A DNA stretch of 57,627 bases, from the NCBI RefSeq assembly GCF_001194135.2, contig NC_068991.1, positions 27,326,817-27,384,443 of the forward strand. Reading direction: 5' to 3'. Positions 25,448-37,989 of the stretch are shown piece after piece. The notes below the pieces were generated by a model, which was given only the letters and a program-made list of their open reading frames with translations, searched no databases and was not told the origin of the DNA. The position numbers and the translations under genes were made by a program. Position 1 is the first letter of the stretch, and every line of letters begins with the position of its first letter. The DNA comes from Octopus bimaculoides. Lineage: Eukaryota.

Positions 25448-26310
25448 AATATTAATATTTGTTACCTTCTGATATTTGCTTTCCAGAGAATCAGGTGGTA
25501 CTTTGACACTAAATGTGAAATATATTCGTCAACGAAGCGTTTGGTTATTTGCTTTATTGTGCTTTAATACATTAACAGTTCTTTTCAGGGTAACATACTA
25601 TTTCAATTGATCTGGAGGTTAATATATTGGATATGTTTTAATATAGCTTTACAACCCTACAATTCATTAAATTATTGGTTTGTTTAGGAAAATAAAATAA
25701 TGCATGTCGTATGAGTTGACAAATTTTATTTTTCCTCAATAATACATTTTTATCTCATAGAGATATTATGTACAAAACCCCACGAATATAAAACTTGCTG
25801 AAATTTATAAATTTCTTAAACATACAAAACATAAAACGGTTTACAAATAGAATTAAACGAGGATATTTTATTCAAAGAAAACGCCATTTTTTTATATTTT
25901 CAATATATTTTGTTTTTTTCCTGAGTAATAAAATATTTATGGGGTATTTTAGATTCATTCTTCCGGCTCATAACTTTCTTTAGCAGCCATTTGTGAGTAC
26001 AATACTCGCCAAATAATAAACGCATTCATCAATCTTTAATTAATATTACTGATATCACTAAACGCACGTTGTCGTTTGGGCACAAAATTTGAAATTTACT
26101 TCAAATGGAATATTCGTACATCAAAGCAGAAGCTAACCTGAAAGCGTTACGTCTAGTTCGGGGTTATTGTATGGAGAACTACGAATCAAGCAGCATATTT
26201 AGATATTCAGTGACACATTTTTCCTACCCATAAAAGTACAATGATCTAAAACGTGCTAAAAGACTATTATTCTCCTCTCTCTCACCTTCACATTCTCTAT
26301 CTTTACCTCT

Positions 26311-26375
<65 letters not shown>

Positions 26376-27339
26376 GCCCCCTCTCTCTCCCTCTCTTTCT
26401 CTCTCTCTCTCACTCTCTCTCCTTCTCTTTCCATAAAGATAGACATATAGACAATTGAAGATGTATTTCTATATGTGTGCGTGTCTGCACATGTTTACAC
26501 ACACACACAAACACACACACACACACATATATATATACAAACGCACGCACACACACATATTCATGGATATATTTTTATTTTATTTTACTTGTTTCACTCG
26601 TTAGACTGCGGACATGTTGAGACATATATATATTTAAAGACTCAGAACTATATCACAAACAACAATGATAATATAATTTTCAATTGTGACAAAACTTCTC
26701 TGAGCTTATCTCTACATTTTCAATAATGTTATATTTCATTAAATGTTTGCTTGTAGCAAGATAAACACGGCCCTTAATATTTATGGATGATCGTACAGAG
26801 TTGTAGCAGACGTAGTTTGGAGTTCCTATAAATCAATAAACAGAAGATAAGGAAATATTTTACTGTAGATTTTCTCTGGCTGATAAGTGAAGGCGAATTC
26901 AGAATTTCATGATTATGAGGCGCTCTCTAATTATGAAATTAATCTAGTGCTTACACAGCAAAACACCGCATCATTTAAGGGGCTCAATCCAGCAAGAATT
27001 AAGTGTCTCTGTCAAATATTCACTTTCGTTACGAAGTTATAATTCAAAAATAAATTATTATGCTGGTCGGGATGGGTGCCTCGCATGATATTGATTGAGA
27101 TAATTCCGAGTCTAGGGATAAATGATATTAGATCATATTACTAAGAGATAGAATATAAGAAACGAAAGAATGACAGAAAAAGGAGAGATACAAGTGTGAT
27201 AATAGGATATTCTGTGGATTGAGAGAGAATGTGGTTGATGTAAATTCAGTAATATCGCTTGGCAAAGTTCCAAATATATGGCAAAAAATCGCTTTTGTTG
27301 CATTTGTTAATATGGAGACACATATTATAAGGCAGCGAC

Positions 27340-27520
27340 CTAGCAGAATCTCTGGCACGCTGAGAAAAAAGCTTGGTGGCAGTTCGTCTGTCTTTACGTT
27401 CTGAGTTCAAATTGTGCTGATGTCGGCTTTGTCGTTTATTCTTTGAGGGGCAATAAAATTATGACCAGCTGTAAACTAGGGCTAATGTAATCAATTTATC
27501 CCCTACCTAAAAAGCTGCAC
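27340..27520 (+). mobile_element. Degenerate SINE, same family as 25020
   Basis: ttcgtctgtctttacgttctgagttcaaatt...ggctttg. Confidence 0.7.
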
Positions 27521-27552
27521 TTTCATGCTGGGTAACTGACCGCGAAGAAACC

Positions 27553-27604
<52 letters not shown>

Positions 27605-27894
27605 AACACATTTTCTCACTATTACTTTTGTTTTGTCTTATGTGATGCATCTCTACCTATCTTCTTATGTTTGATAAAGACAGTTTCCCTTTTTAGCTGT
27701 TTCTTAACTTTGTGTTTCTATGCTTCGCTTGTCTGGCTGTATGTAGTATTAGCTACTTCTTTACACACGTTTTGCCTCATATTTTATACACACACACACA
27801 CACACAACGCAAACATACATATACTTTATCTCTCTCACATACTCACACATATATAAACATACTTAGACACATATGTATGTATATATATGTGTGT

Positions 27895-27933
<39 letters not shown>

Positions 27934-28578
27934 TGTACTAATAAGAGGTTAGAGGTATTAATATAGTTGATGGCATCGTTTTTTTTCTAACATGTCATAT
28001 AGGGCTCGTATAATTTATCCATCTGAATGAGTGCTTTACGACCATCTCTGTAACCCTGAGCAAAATGTCTTTAAGAGTCTAACTTTAAAGGATTTAGTTA
28101 AACGAAAGATATATTGCAACGTCAATCAGGTAAAAGCTAATACGTATATCTTAATGTCAAGTAGAAGATATAAATCCACATTTTCGAATAATCTTGACAA
28201 TGTAATTAGCTCTCAACAAATTCATTCGGCAAATAACGTTTCAACAATTACCTGTATACACTGTTTCACTTTAATACGCCTTGTCTTCAGCTCGCTTTAT
28301 ATTTATTGTCATAAATAACATCCGTCTGTCAATATGTTTTCACGATAATACTCAATACCCGCGCTTTAAAGAGACAGTTTTGAAAAGAATTTATAACCGC
28401 ATTCGTCTTATATAACTTACATGTCTTTCTTTCTGTTCAGTCATAGAACGAATAGAGATTCCAAGGAAGCGGGACAAACATCACTTTTAATTGAGTCTAC
28501 ACAATAATAGGCTCTTCTTTGTCTGACTTCTCTATCATACGCTTTCAGTCAATTAATTCCATTGTTTTCTTCTTTGGA

Positions 28579-28645
<67 letters not shown>

Positions 28646-29068
28646 TATCATTATCGTGCTTCCTCTTATCATTATTGCTAATATCATATACCACGAAGAA
28701 TGCCACGTAGATTTGTGTACTGTATGANNNNNNNNNNNNNNNNNNNNNNNNNNNNNNNNNNNNNNNNNNNNNNNNNNNNNNNNNNNNNNNNNNNNNNNNN
28801 NNNNNNNNNNNNNNNNNNNNNNNNNNNNNNNNNNNNNNNNNNNNNNNNNNNNNNNNNNNNNNNNNNNNNNNNNNNNNNNNNNNNNNNNNNNNNNNNNNNN
28901 NNNNNNNNNNNNNNNNNNNNNNNNNNNNNNNNNNNNNNNNNNNNNNNNNNNNNNNNNNNNNNNNNNNNNNNNNNNNNNNNNNNNNNNTAACAACGCACCA
29001 ATTAGACTGAAATGAAAATAAAAATATTACTAGCTCTCTTCACACTAGCACGGGTCTAGTAAGTGAAT

Positions 29069-29375
<307 letters not shown>

Positions 29376-29416
29376 CGCGCAAGCACACAGATACACAAAC
29401 ACACAGACACACCCAG

Positions 29417-29477
<61 letters not shown>

Positions 29478-30718
29478 TGCTGCAGGAAAGAGAATATAGT
29501 TGCCTAAGCAAAGGACACAACTAAATTAATACATCAATTCTATTCTATATGTCAATAAAAATTTCTTCTCAAATCTCCCTCATTTTTTTCAGTTTCTTTC
29601 CGACCTAGAGGTATGGATCGAATGTGATTCTCCTTAACTTGCACATCATCATCTATATTAATACGAATGACAAACGCCAATATATCAAATAATGTTTTGA
29701 CCAAAATTTTAATCCGATATTTAGCTGAATCTAGAATTTTCAATCATGCGTTCCTTGTTCAAGTCCTTCTTTACCAAATTCAAACATCGATTAATACAAA
29801 AATATATACTACTAGTCTACTGCCAGTTTAGATATGCTTCTGGTAGAACATATGTTATGTTGAAATATATCTTGTGATGCAGACAATTCATTTCTAGTAA
29901 TTAGAGCCTCATGCAACCTATCATCTCCAGTAATTAGAGCCTCATGCAGCCTACCATCTCGTGTGTGTGTCATGACGAGTCCGATAAAATGTTGCTAAAA
30001 TGTTTTACATATTTGCTTAGAATCGTAACCACGTCATCGACGGCTTTTGTATTTGTCAGTTTCGTACGAGGAAAAAGGAAGAAAGAAGGAAGAAACAGAA
30101 GAGGAGGAGGAGAAAGAATAGACAAAAGAACCAGAATTGCATTAAGTAACGACAGATATCACCACTTAACGGCTCTCCGAAAAGTATTCATTAACATCGA
30201 TGAAGCAATAACGAAGAAAACTGAAACCAACTGACGAAAATGTTGATGGTTTTTCGTGCAAGCAATATATTAACCTCTTTCCTGCCTGTCATTGCTCTTT
30301 TCTCATTTGCCAACTGACAACATTGAAGATACATAAATGGAATACAAGTCCAATAAACAAAATACACATTTAACCATTAACAAAACGTAATTAAACAGTA
30401 AGAATGTAAACAGTATTATTTGGTCAAAAGTTTTTAGAATTGGAATTTGATGCGGAGAGTAACTGAAAAGCAGACATGCAAGATACAACTTTAACTGTAT
30501 CAAATGAATTCGCAATAAAATGAAATATAAAAAAAAAACTAAATACTCTTCTTTGGACCTAAATTTGCAATGATAATTTGGTCCAAGAGTGATTGTTATA
30601 AAACATTGCAAAACAAAGTAATATTACTATGTGGTCGATCTATCACTAAACGTAGCAACCAGTTGTTACATTAAAGCTTCTTGAAAATATGGGGGACACT
30701 TTGGTCAGAGAAGTCATT

Positions 30719-30769
<51 letters not shown>

Positions 30770-30775
30770 CCTCTT

Positions 30776-30810
<35 letters not shown>

Positions 30811-31225
30811 TTNNNNNNNNNNNNNNNNNNNNNNNNNNNNNNNNNNNNNNNNNNNNNNNNNNNNNNNNNNNNNNNNNNNNNNNNNNNNNNNNNNNNNNNN
30901 NNNNNNNNNNNNNNNNNNNNNNNNNNNNNNNNNNNNNNNNNNNNNNNNNNNNNNNNNNNNNNNNNNNNNNNNNNNNNNNNNNNNNNNNNNNNNNNNNNNN
31001 NNNNNNNNNNNNNNNNNNNNNNNNNNNNNNNNNNNNNNNNNNNNNNNNNNNNNNNNNNNNNNNNNNNNNNNNNNNNNNNNNNNNNNNNNNNNNNNNATAA
31101 TCATTTAAAAACCATTCTCCGGTTAATTATAGCATGAGACATTCAGGTCGCCATCACAAACAACAGCGATATCTATAAATTTATGACACCCAGGTATGTT
31201 TCAGCAGCAGTAACATTATTATTAT

Positions 31226-31293
<68 letters not shown>

Positions 31294-32074
31294 TCTCTAT
31301 CATGACAACTATTACTACGAAGACGATGACGGCGAAAATGAAAATGAAGAAGTAGTAACAATGATGGAGCCGATGGGTTGAATAGCGATAGATATCAGTA
31401 TTTCTCTGCGTCGAAAAGCTATTTTATTAACACCATTCAAATAATAGCGAAGAAAGCTGAAATTAGCAGATAAAAATGTTGATGGACTTTCGTCTAGGGA
31501 CTGCATTAATCTAGTTTCTACATGCCATTGCTCTTCTCTTAATTATTAACTAGTAACCAAATATAGACACACTAACGGAATACAAGTCAAGCACTTTGTA
31601 AATTCAGCCATAAAGAAAGTATCAGATAATAACAATAAAAACAGTACTATGTTGTTTAAAATTCCATGGATCCTGTATCACTTAGAATTTTAATACATAA
31701 GACGTTAAAACAGAAGATCAGAAACAGTTTGTAGATTGAATCGAATGGGCAGGTAACCAATAATTATCATAATGATATCGTAGAAAGGTACAGGGAAACA
31801 AATGTGAAGAGAATAGCCAGAATCACCAATTAAATTGACCCAGTTCTTGAAGTGTCTTTTATTTTGGGACTCGTTAAGACTTACAGGCACAGTTAACTTA
31901 ACCCATGCGGAATTTGAAGAAACGTAAACATTTAAAAAAAGGGACGCTCTGGTCAAGTAAACATAAGACGTGTTTGGTCTTAATGACCGAACACACATTT
32001 CCGTATTTTCTACCTTCACAACATTCACCAGATCTACCCAGAGGTAATAATCGCTTTTATTCTTTTATTCTTTT

Positions 32075-32425
32075 ACTCGCTTCAGTATTTTGACTGCGGC
32101 CATGCTGGAGCACGCCTTGAAGGATTTTAGTCGAACAAATCGACGGCGGTGCTTATTTTTGAAGCCCAATACTAATTTTATTGATAATTTATTGATAACA
32201 CAGGTTATCAAGCGGCAATGGGGGACTAAAACAGACACACGTGCGTGTGCGTGCGTATACGACGGGCTTCTTTCAGTTTCCGGCTACCAAATCCTCTCAC
32301 AAGGTATTGGTTGTCCCGAGGCTATAGTAGAAGACACTTACCCAACGTGCCTTGTCATGAGATTGAACCCCAAACCTTGTAGTTGGGAAGGAGGTTTCTT
32401 ACCACTCAACCACGATTGTACATAC
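32075..32425 (-). mobile_element. tRNA-derived SINE (10925 family)
   Basis: ttgactgcggccatgctggagcacgcc...ccaaatcctctcacaagg...cgaggctatagtagaagacacttacccaa. Confidence 0.85.
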
Positions 32426-33127
32426 AGCCTTATGAAATTGGGCCTGGTTCAAGGGTTAACGTCTTTGACACCGAAGTCTTTTACGGCGGCCATTGTGTTC
32501 TTTCTTCCAAAACCTGAAGAGTTATTCCAAGAGCAGGTATGTAACCTACTAACGGTTCCTTGAGGAATGCAAAAATATTTCTTCGTGGCGTTAGCATTTT
32601 TCTCCAAGAGACTTTGTAGAGCTTCAAACAAAAATGCACGTCTGTATGCATTCATATTTAGATTATTTTCTGTTGAAATTTATGTATTCAAAGGGCAATT
32701 ATGTTCGTTCATTCAAATTCTCGTCATTTGTCTTGGTTTGATTTTTGTATTTGTCGTGGACATTTTCATAATGCAACGCTAGGATTATCGTCTACAGTTT
32801 TAATTTCTATAACAAGGCTAATTCTTCAGAACATGCTATTGTGAGGTTTTGGTTTCTTATACATAAACTCCCGGAAAACATTTGCCTCCATTTCTTCTAC
32901 AGAGCACCATTTTGTACGGACAAAGCAAAATAAAATTGCATACCACAAAGAATTTGGTTCTTTTAGATGCTGCATGTGCAGACTACCAATGCTCTGTATA
33001 CAATCTATTCTTCTGCTCAGTAAAAGGTATTCTTCTGTTCAGTAAAAAATTTGGTTTAATCCCTAGCCAAGAACGACACTTGAAATAATGTCATAACTGG
33101 TCAGCCACGAATAATAATGATAATAAT

Positions 33128-33498
33128 AACAAGAGCACTCAGAGTGCGCAAACCTCTGCCAAGGCAACATCAACGTCCTTTTCAACGATTAACCAGAGAT
33201 GGTTTTTAAAACGAGGATGTTTGAAATAATTTCAACTGCTCTCACAAACGAGTATACTAAAAATAAAAACGACAGCTCTCAAAATTTATGTAAAAAAAAA
33301 TAGGAAAAATAATCCAGAATCTTTGTCCGGTACTGGATCGATAGCAAAATCCAAGCCACTCGTGCTAGCCACAAGACCAAACATCCCTGAAAATTTCATC
33401 CCAACCCACCCTGCGGTTCTTGACATATCTTTCCATGGACAAACAAACAAATAAACAATCACGAATGGAAACAATACCTCCGCATTAGGAGGCGGCGG

Positions 33499-33501
<3 letters not shown>
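33128..33501 (+). mobile_element. Helentron-associated non-autonomous element (HINE/DINE-1-like)
   Basis: Starts AACAAGAG with subterminal ACCTCTGCC, has an internal (ACAA)n, and ends in the hairpin ACCTCCGC-attaggag-GCGGCGGT; no TSD; embedded in (TAA)n. Confidence 0.6.
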
Positions 33502-33556
<55 letters not shown>

Positions 33557-33749
33557 AATAATCCTTTCTAATATAGGCACAGGGCCTGAAATTTGGGGGA
33601 AAGTGTTGGTTTCGACGTATGAGTGTTTGAAGGAGGGGATTTAAGATAAAGAGAATAATAAAAAGAAAGAAAAAACCGAAATGCTCCATCTATTTGTCAT
33701 GGATCCGTGAATATAATTTGAGTCCAGGTACGGATTTTGCAATGACAAT

Positions 33750-34440
33750 CTAACCAGACAATCTCAGATATTGTGAGTGAGTGTAGCAAGCTGGCCCAAA
33801 AGCTCTACAAAAGGAGACACGATAACGTGGCTAAGTTCGTCCACTTGAGGCTATGTGATAAGTACGGCCTGAACAGAGCACGGAAATGGTACGAACATGA
33901 ACCAGAAGGAGTCACCAAGAACAGGGAACATAAGATACTGTGGGGTTTTACAATCCAATGTGACTCCCTAATCGACGATTGGAGACCAGATATTGTCTCA
34001 GATAAAAGGAAAAAAGGAACCCAAGATCATAGATATTGCAATACCGGGAGATGCACGCATAAGCGTCAAACAACTAGAAAAGATTGAAAAGTACAGACTA
34101 CTAAAAGACGAAATTACAATAATGTGGACTATGAGTAGAGTGTCTGTCATTCCAATAGTTTTAGGGGCACACGGAGCACTAACAACCAATTTCGAGAAAT
34201 ATGTCAAAGAAATCTGAAATTGAAAGCAGAGCAAACCAAAAAACTGGTCTGCTGGGTACAGATCGTATTTTGAGATTGGTACTTGGATGTTGAATGTCTC
34301 CCAAGATAATTAACAACCAAGTATCAAGGCTTATAATGTGTGGAAAGATACTCTGTGGGACCTATAACAGCGGGTTGCTGTCCGCTCTCACATAATCTAC
34401 CAGAACAAACAAGACCGAACTTTCTGAGAAGTAAAACAAT
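33750..34440 (+). mobile_element. 5'-truncated R4/Dong LINE (end of zinc finger, RLE, 3' UTR)
   Basis: SECSKLAQKLYKRRHDNVAKFVH...WYEHEPEGV...KILWGFTIQCD...RPDIV; IIDIAIPGD...EKIEKYRLLKDEI...VIPIVLGAHG. Confidence 0.9.
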
Positions 34441-34454
34441 AATAATAATAATAA

Positions 34455-34866
34455 TCCCTTCTACTGTAGGCACAAGGTCCGAAATTTTGTTTTGGCGTGG
34501 GGGAGTAGTAGATTACATTGAGCCCAGTGTTTCACTGGTTCTTAATTTATTGACTCCGATAATTTCAACTCAGAACGTAGCGACGGGCAAAATACCGCTA
34601 AGTATTTCATCCAGCGTGCTATCGATTCTGCTAGCTCGCCGCCTTATTGATAATAATAATAATCCTCTCTGCTATAGGTAGAAGGCCTGAAATTTGTTGG
34701 GAAGGAGAATAATTGATTAGATCAACCCCGGTACTTATTTCATCGATCCCGAAAGGATGCAAGGTACAGTCGACTTCGTCGGAATTTGTACTCAGAGCCT
34801 ACAGACGGACGAAATACTACTAAGCATTTTGCCCGGCGTCCTAACGATTCGACCAGCTCACCGCCC
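34455..34866 (-). mobile_element. Two SINE copies in tandem with (ATT)n tails
   Basis: Both match the reverse complement of the 25020 family; each tail reads taataatc... on the plus strand. Confidence 0.8.
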
Positions 34867-34875
34867 TAATAACAC

Positions 34876-34977
34876 GAAGAAGAAGAAGAAGAAGAAGAAG
34901 AAGAAGAAGAAGAAGAAGAAGAAGAAGAAGAAGAAGAAGAAGAAGAAGAAGAAGAAGAAGAAGAAGAAGAAGAAGAA
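34876..34977. repeat. (GAA)n microsatellite
   Basis: About 33 perfect units. Confidence 0.97.
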
Positions 34978-36495
34978 TGCGATGATGAAGAGGAGGAAAT
35001 AGTGAAAACTGTAATGTTTATAATTATAATCTTTATATCCAGACCATCATCATTGTCAATACTATAATCACTACCATTTATGTTACTATTATCATCACTT
35101 TGACCCAAGCATAACATTATTAAAAATATCACTGCTGTCCACATTCTCATCAACATCAAAACAGACCTGAGCATAACCAACGTCATTATAAACAGGAGTA
35201 TTGATCTTTTTTAAAGTACATATGTTTGATTAAATATTGATTTCTCAGATAATTAACAGCATTACTGGGGATGGTAACAATGATTCAGGGTGATTAATAT
35301 ATTTTACAGACATTGACTTCTTCCCATATGAAAAATCTCTTATAAACATAGAAAACAACAATAGCCATATTCAGGTGATGCTCTCCATAGCATCTCCAAC
35401 AAAATCAATGTCTTTTAAACTGTATTGGAACAGGAATCAACAATGTTTATATTTGCATTGTAAATTTTCAACCTTTTTTCAAGCTTCAATCCATTTCTTT
35501 TACTCCTCGAATAAGGTTTCTCATATGTAATTTCACATTGAAATTATAGGTTGTGAATTGTTTTAGAGAAATTTTTGTTTCTTTATCTGGGGTATTTTGA
35601 CAGTAAATTTTTATGCTTTACATATTTGGTGATTAAGGAACAATTATTTTCTATGATATTCGTTCCTGGTTTAGTATTGCTGTGAGGGTGTGACAAAAAC
35701 TTATTGTTTCTGATTTGTTAATTAGCTCCCTTTTAACAAATATTGAAGAGTCTTTATATTTATTGTTATTCTTACATCATCACGCCCTCAGACAGCGCAT
35801 GCTCCGGAAAATCTTTCAGAGATCTAAAAAACGCATATCTCTGCATAGGAAACATGTATATGTGTTTTAGTATTTCAGTTCCATTTAGGTCTTTTTGTTC
35901 TATTTTCTATTATAATGCTCTTCGTGATATACATTTACTAAAGATCCTACTCATTTTTTGATATTTTTTTTTTTAATTGAATATTTCAAAATGTTGCAGC
36001 CACCGAGTTGTTTCAAGGCTGAGCAAATTGACTTTATTTATATCACACAAATGTTATTAAGGAAGATATTTACGCGAATCACACTTTAAAATTTCCATAC
36101 CAATAAAATCTTAACTCTGAAAACTAAGAACTTTTGCAAAAGTAATCAGCTTTGCTTTGCTTAATACAATATTAAATTCGAATATTATGGACACGATATA
36201 TTAAGAAACAACAAAACATGTATGCCCGCTCTCATTTCGGTCGTCAGAAGTTCTCATTATCGAAGTAGATAAGGAGGAGAAGGGGAATTGGAGAATGATT
36301 ACTACTGATGATTAGAAAATAGGACCAAAAATAAATAACATAAAATAAGAAAAATAAAAACAGTTAAGTGAAACGAATTGTTTGATTGATTGAAAGAAGA
36401 AATTTTATGTGCAAAGTGTTAATCAAAATAAGTCAGAAGGTCAGGGTCATTTCTAATTTGCGGTATCAAACTTCTGAACTGCTACTATTACAACC

Positions 36496-36534
<39 letters not shown>

Positions 36535-36560
36535 ACCACCACTACTACTACTACTACTAC

Positions 36561-36608
<48 letters not shown>

Positions 36609-37989
36609 GGTAAGAAGAAGAATTACATAGAACAAATATTCAGCTAGTTTAAAATATTTATGTGTATACCTAAATTTACCCGATTAAAGTAACAGTATTA
36701 TAAAAACCTATTTTCAAAGAAGAAACATGCGGGGTATACTATCATTATAAAGTTTTCAACATTGTTATTCAATATAAAACACACAGGGGAATTCTTGGCA
36801 GAGTTACATAGAATCGTTTAGAAAGTCAAAGTCGTTTTTATGGTGAATGTTAACAATGACCTTCACAGAAACAAATACAGTATTACTTTTGTTATATAGT
36901 TGTAGTTGGCAAAATAAAGCGGGTAGCAAGATACTGTTTGCTGATTTCAATATACTAATTGTTAAGGGAGCAGTCATGAATTATAGGATGTTACCTCTGC
37001 CTACCGTCGCGAACTGATAACATTTTAATTTAAACGAAACGTAAATACATCTATGTAATACCACAAGGTATTTGGTTTTAGTCGGTGGTCTATTCCTACA
37101 GCCTACCATTAGTTAATTTGACATAATAAAAATACCATTTATCTACACAAGTTACAAGAAATTTCACCAAATTAGATTTCTTTCGAAATAGAAAGCTAAG
37201 TCTGACATAAGTAATTTCGTTCTATTTGTCTCAGAAATTAAATGCGAAAATGTCTTTGTTTTAAAATAATTTGAATTACGCTGTATTGGTTATGGCTAAT
37301 TGTAGAAAGAGAGACATAACAAAGTATTAAAGATATATTCCTATTACTTGAAGTAGGGACATCTATAGAAATGTAGATAAAGTCTTGAAACATTTAATAT
37401 ATTTAATGATTATCTGAGCAGAAATTTTTCGTTGAAAGTAATATGTCAATTGTTGTTAAAAATTGAAATATGCGGTGAAGCAAAAACGAATGCAAAAATA
37501 ATATTTTTATGAATTAGTTGTCGTATAAAGAGATGGTTAAGTTGTGTTGTCAAATGAACCGGATATTTGTTAGGTTGTGCAAAGACAAGAAATATATTGT
37601 AAAGTCTTAACAAATTATATAGCGTGCTTAGTAGATTGTTTGAGAGAATTAATTATCTATATTCCTAGCGAACTGTATAGCCTGCACGGTAGACTGGAAA
37701 AACGTAAAAGATAGAGTTCTTGTTTTCTCACAGTAGATGGTGTATTTTGATTTCCTCAGAGCAGGGAGAATGTAATTACATCACTAATACCTTATGATGC
37801 AGTAAACGAAATAGATTTTTTTTAATGGGCTAAGCAATGATTCTTTTTGCAAACAAATACAATGGCTTCCCTCCAAGGATTATCAAAGTTTTTATAAAAT
37901 TTACATACCATAAAGATTAAAAGAATATGCAGATTACAGTAATTTGTAATTAATTTTGATTGTCAAAGATTAACTGTAATTATTTGTAA

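Noticed and set aside
29896-29961. Two tandem 33-bp units
   Set aside because: Two adjacent copies without spacers; simple slippage duplication, not CRISPR-like.
34866-35186. ORF resembling a signal peptide plus Ser-rich tail
   Set aside because: Built on the (GAA)n and degenerate CAT/TAT repeats.
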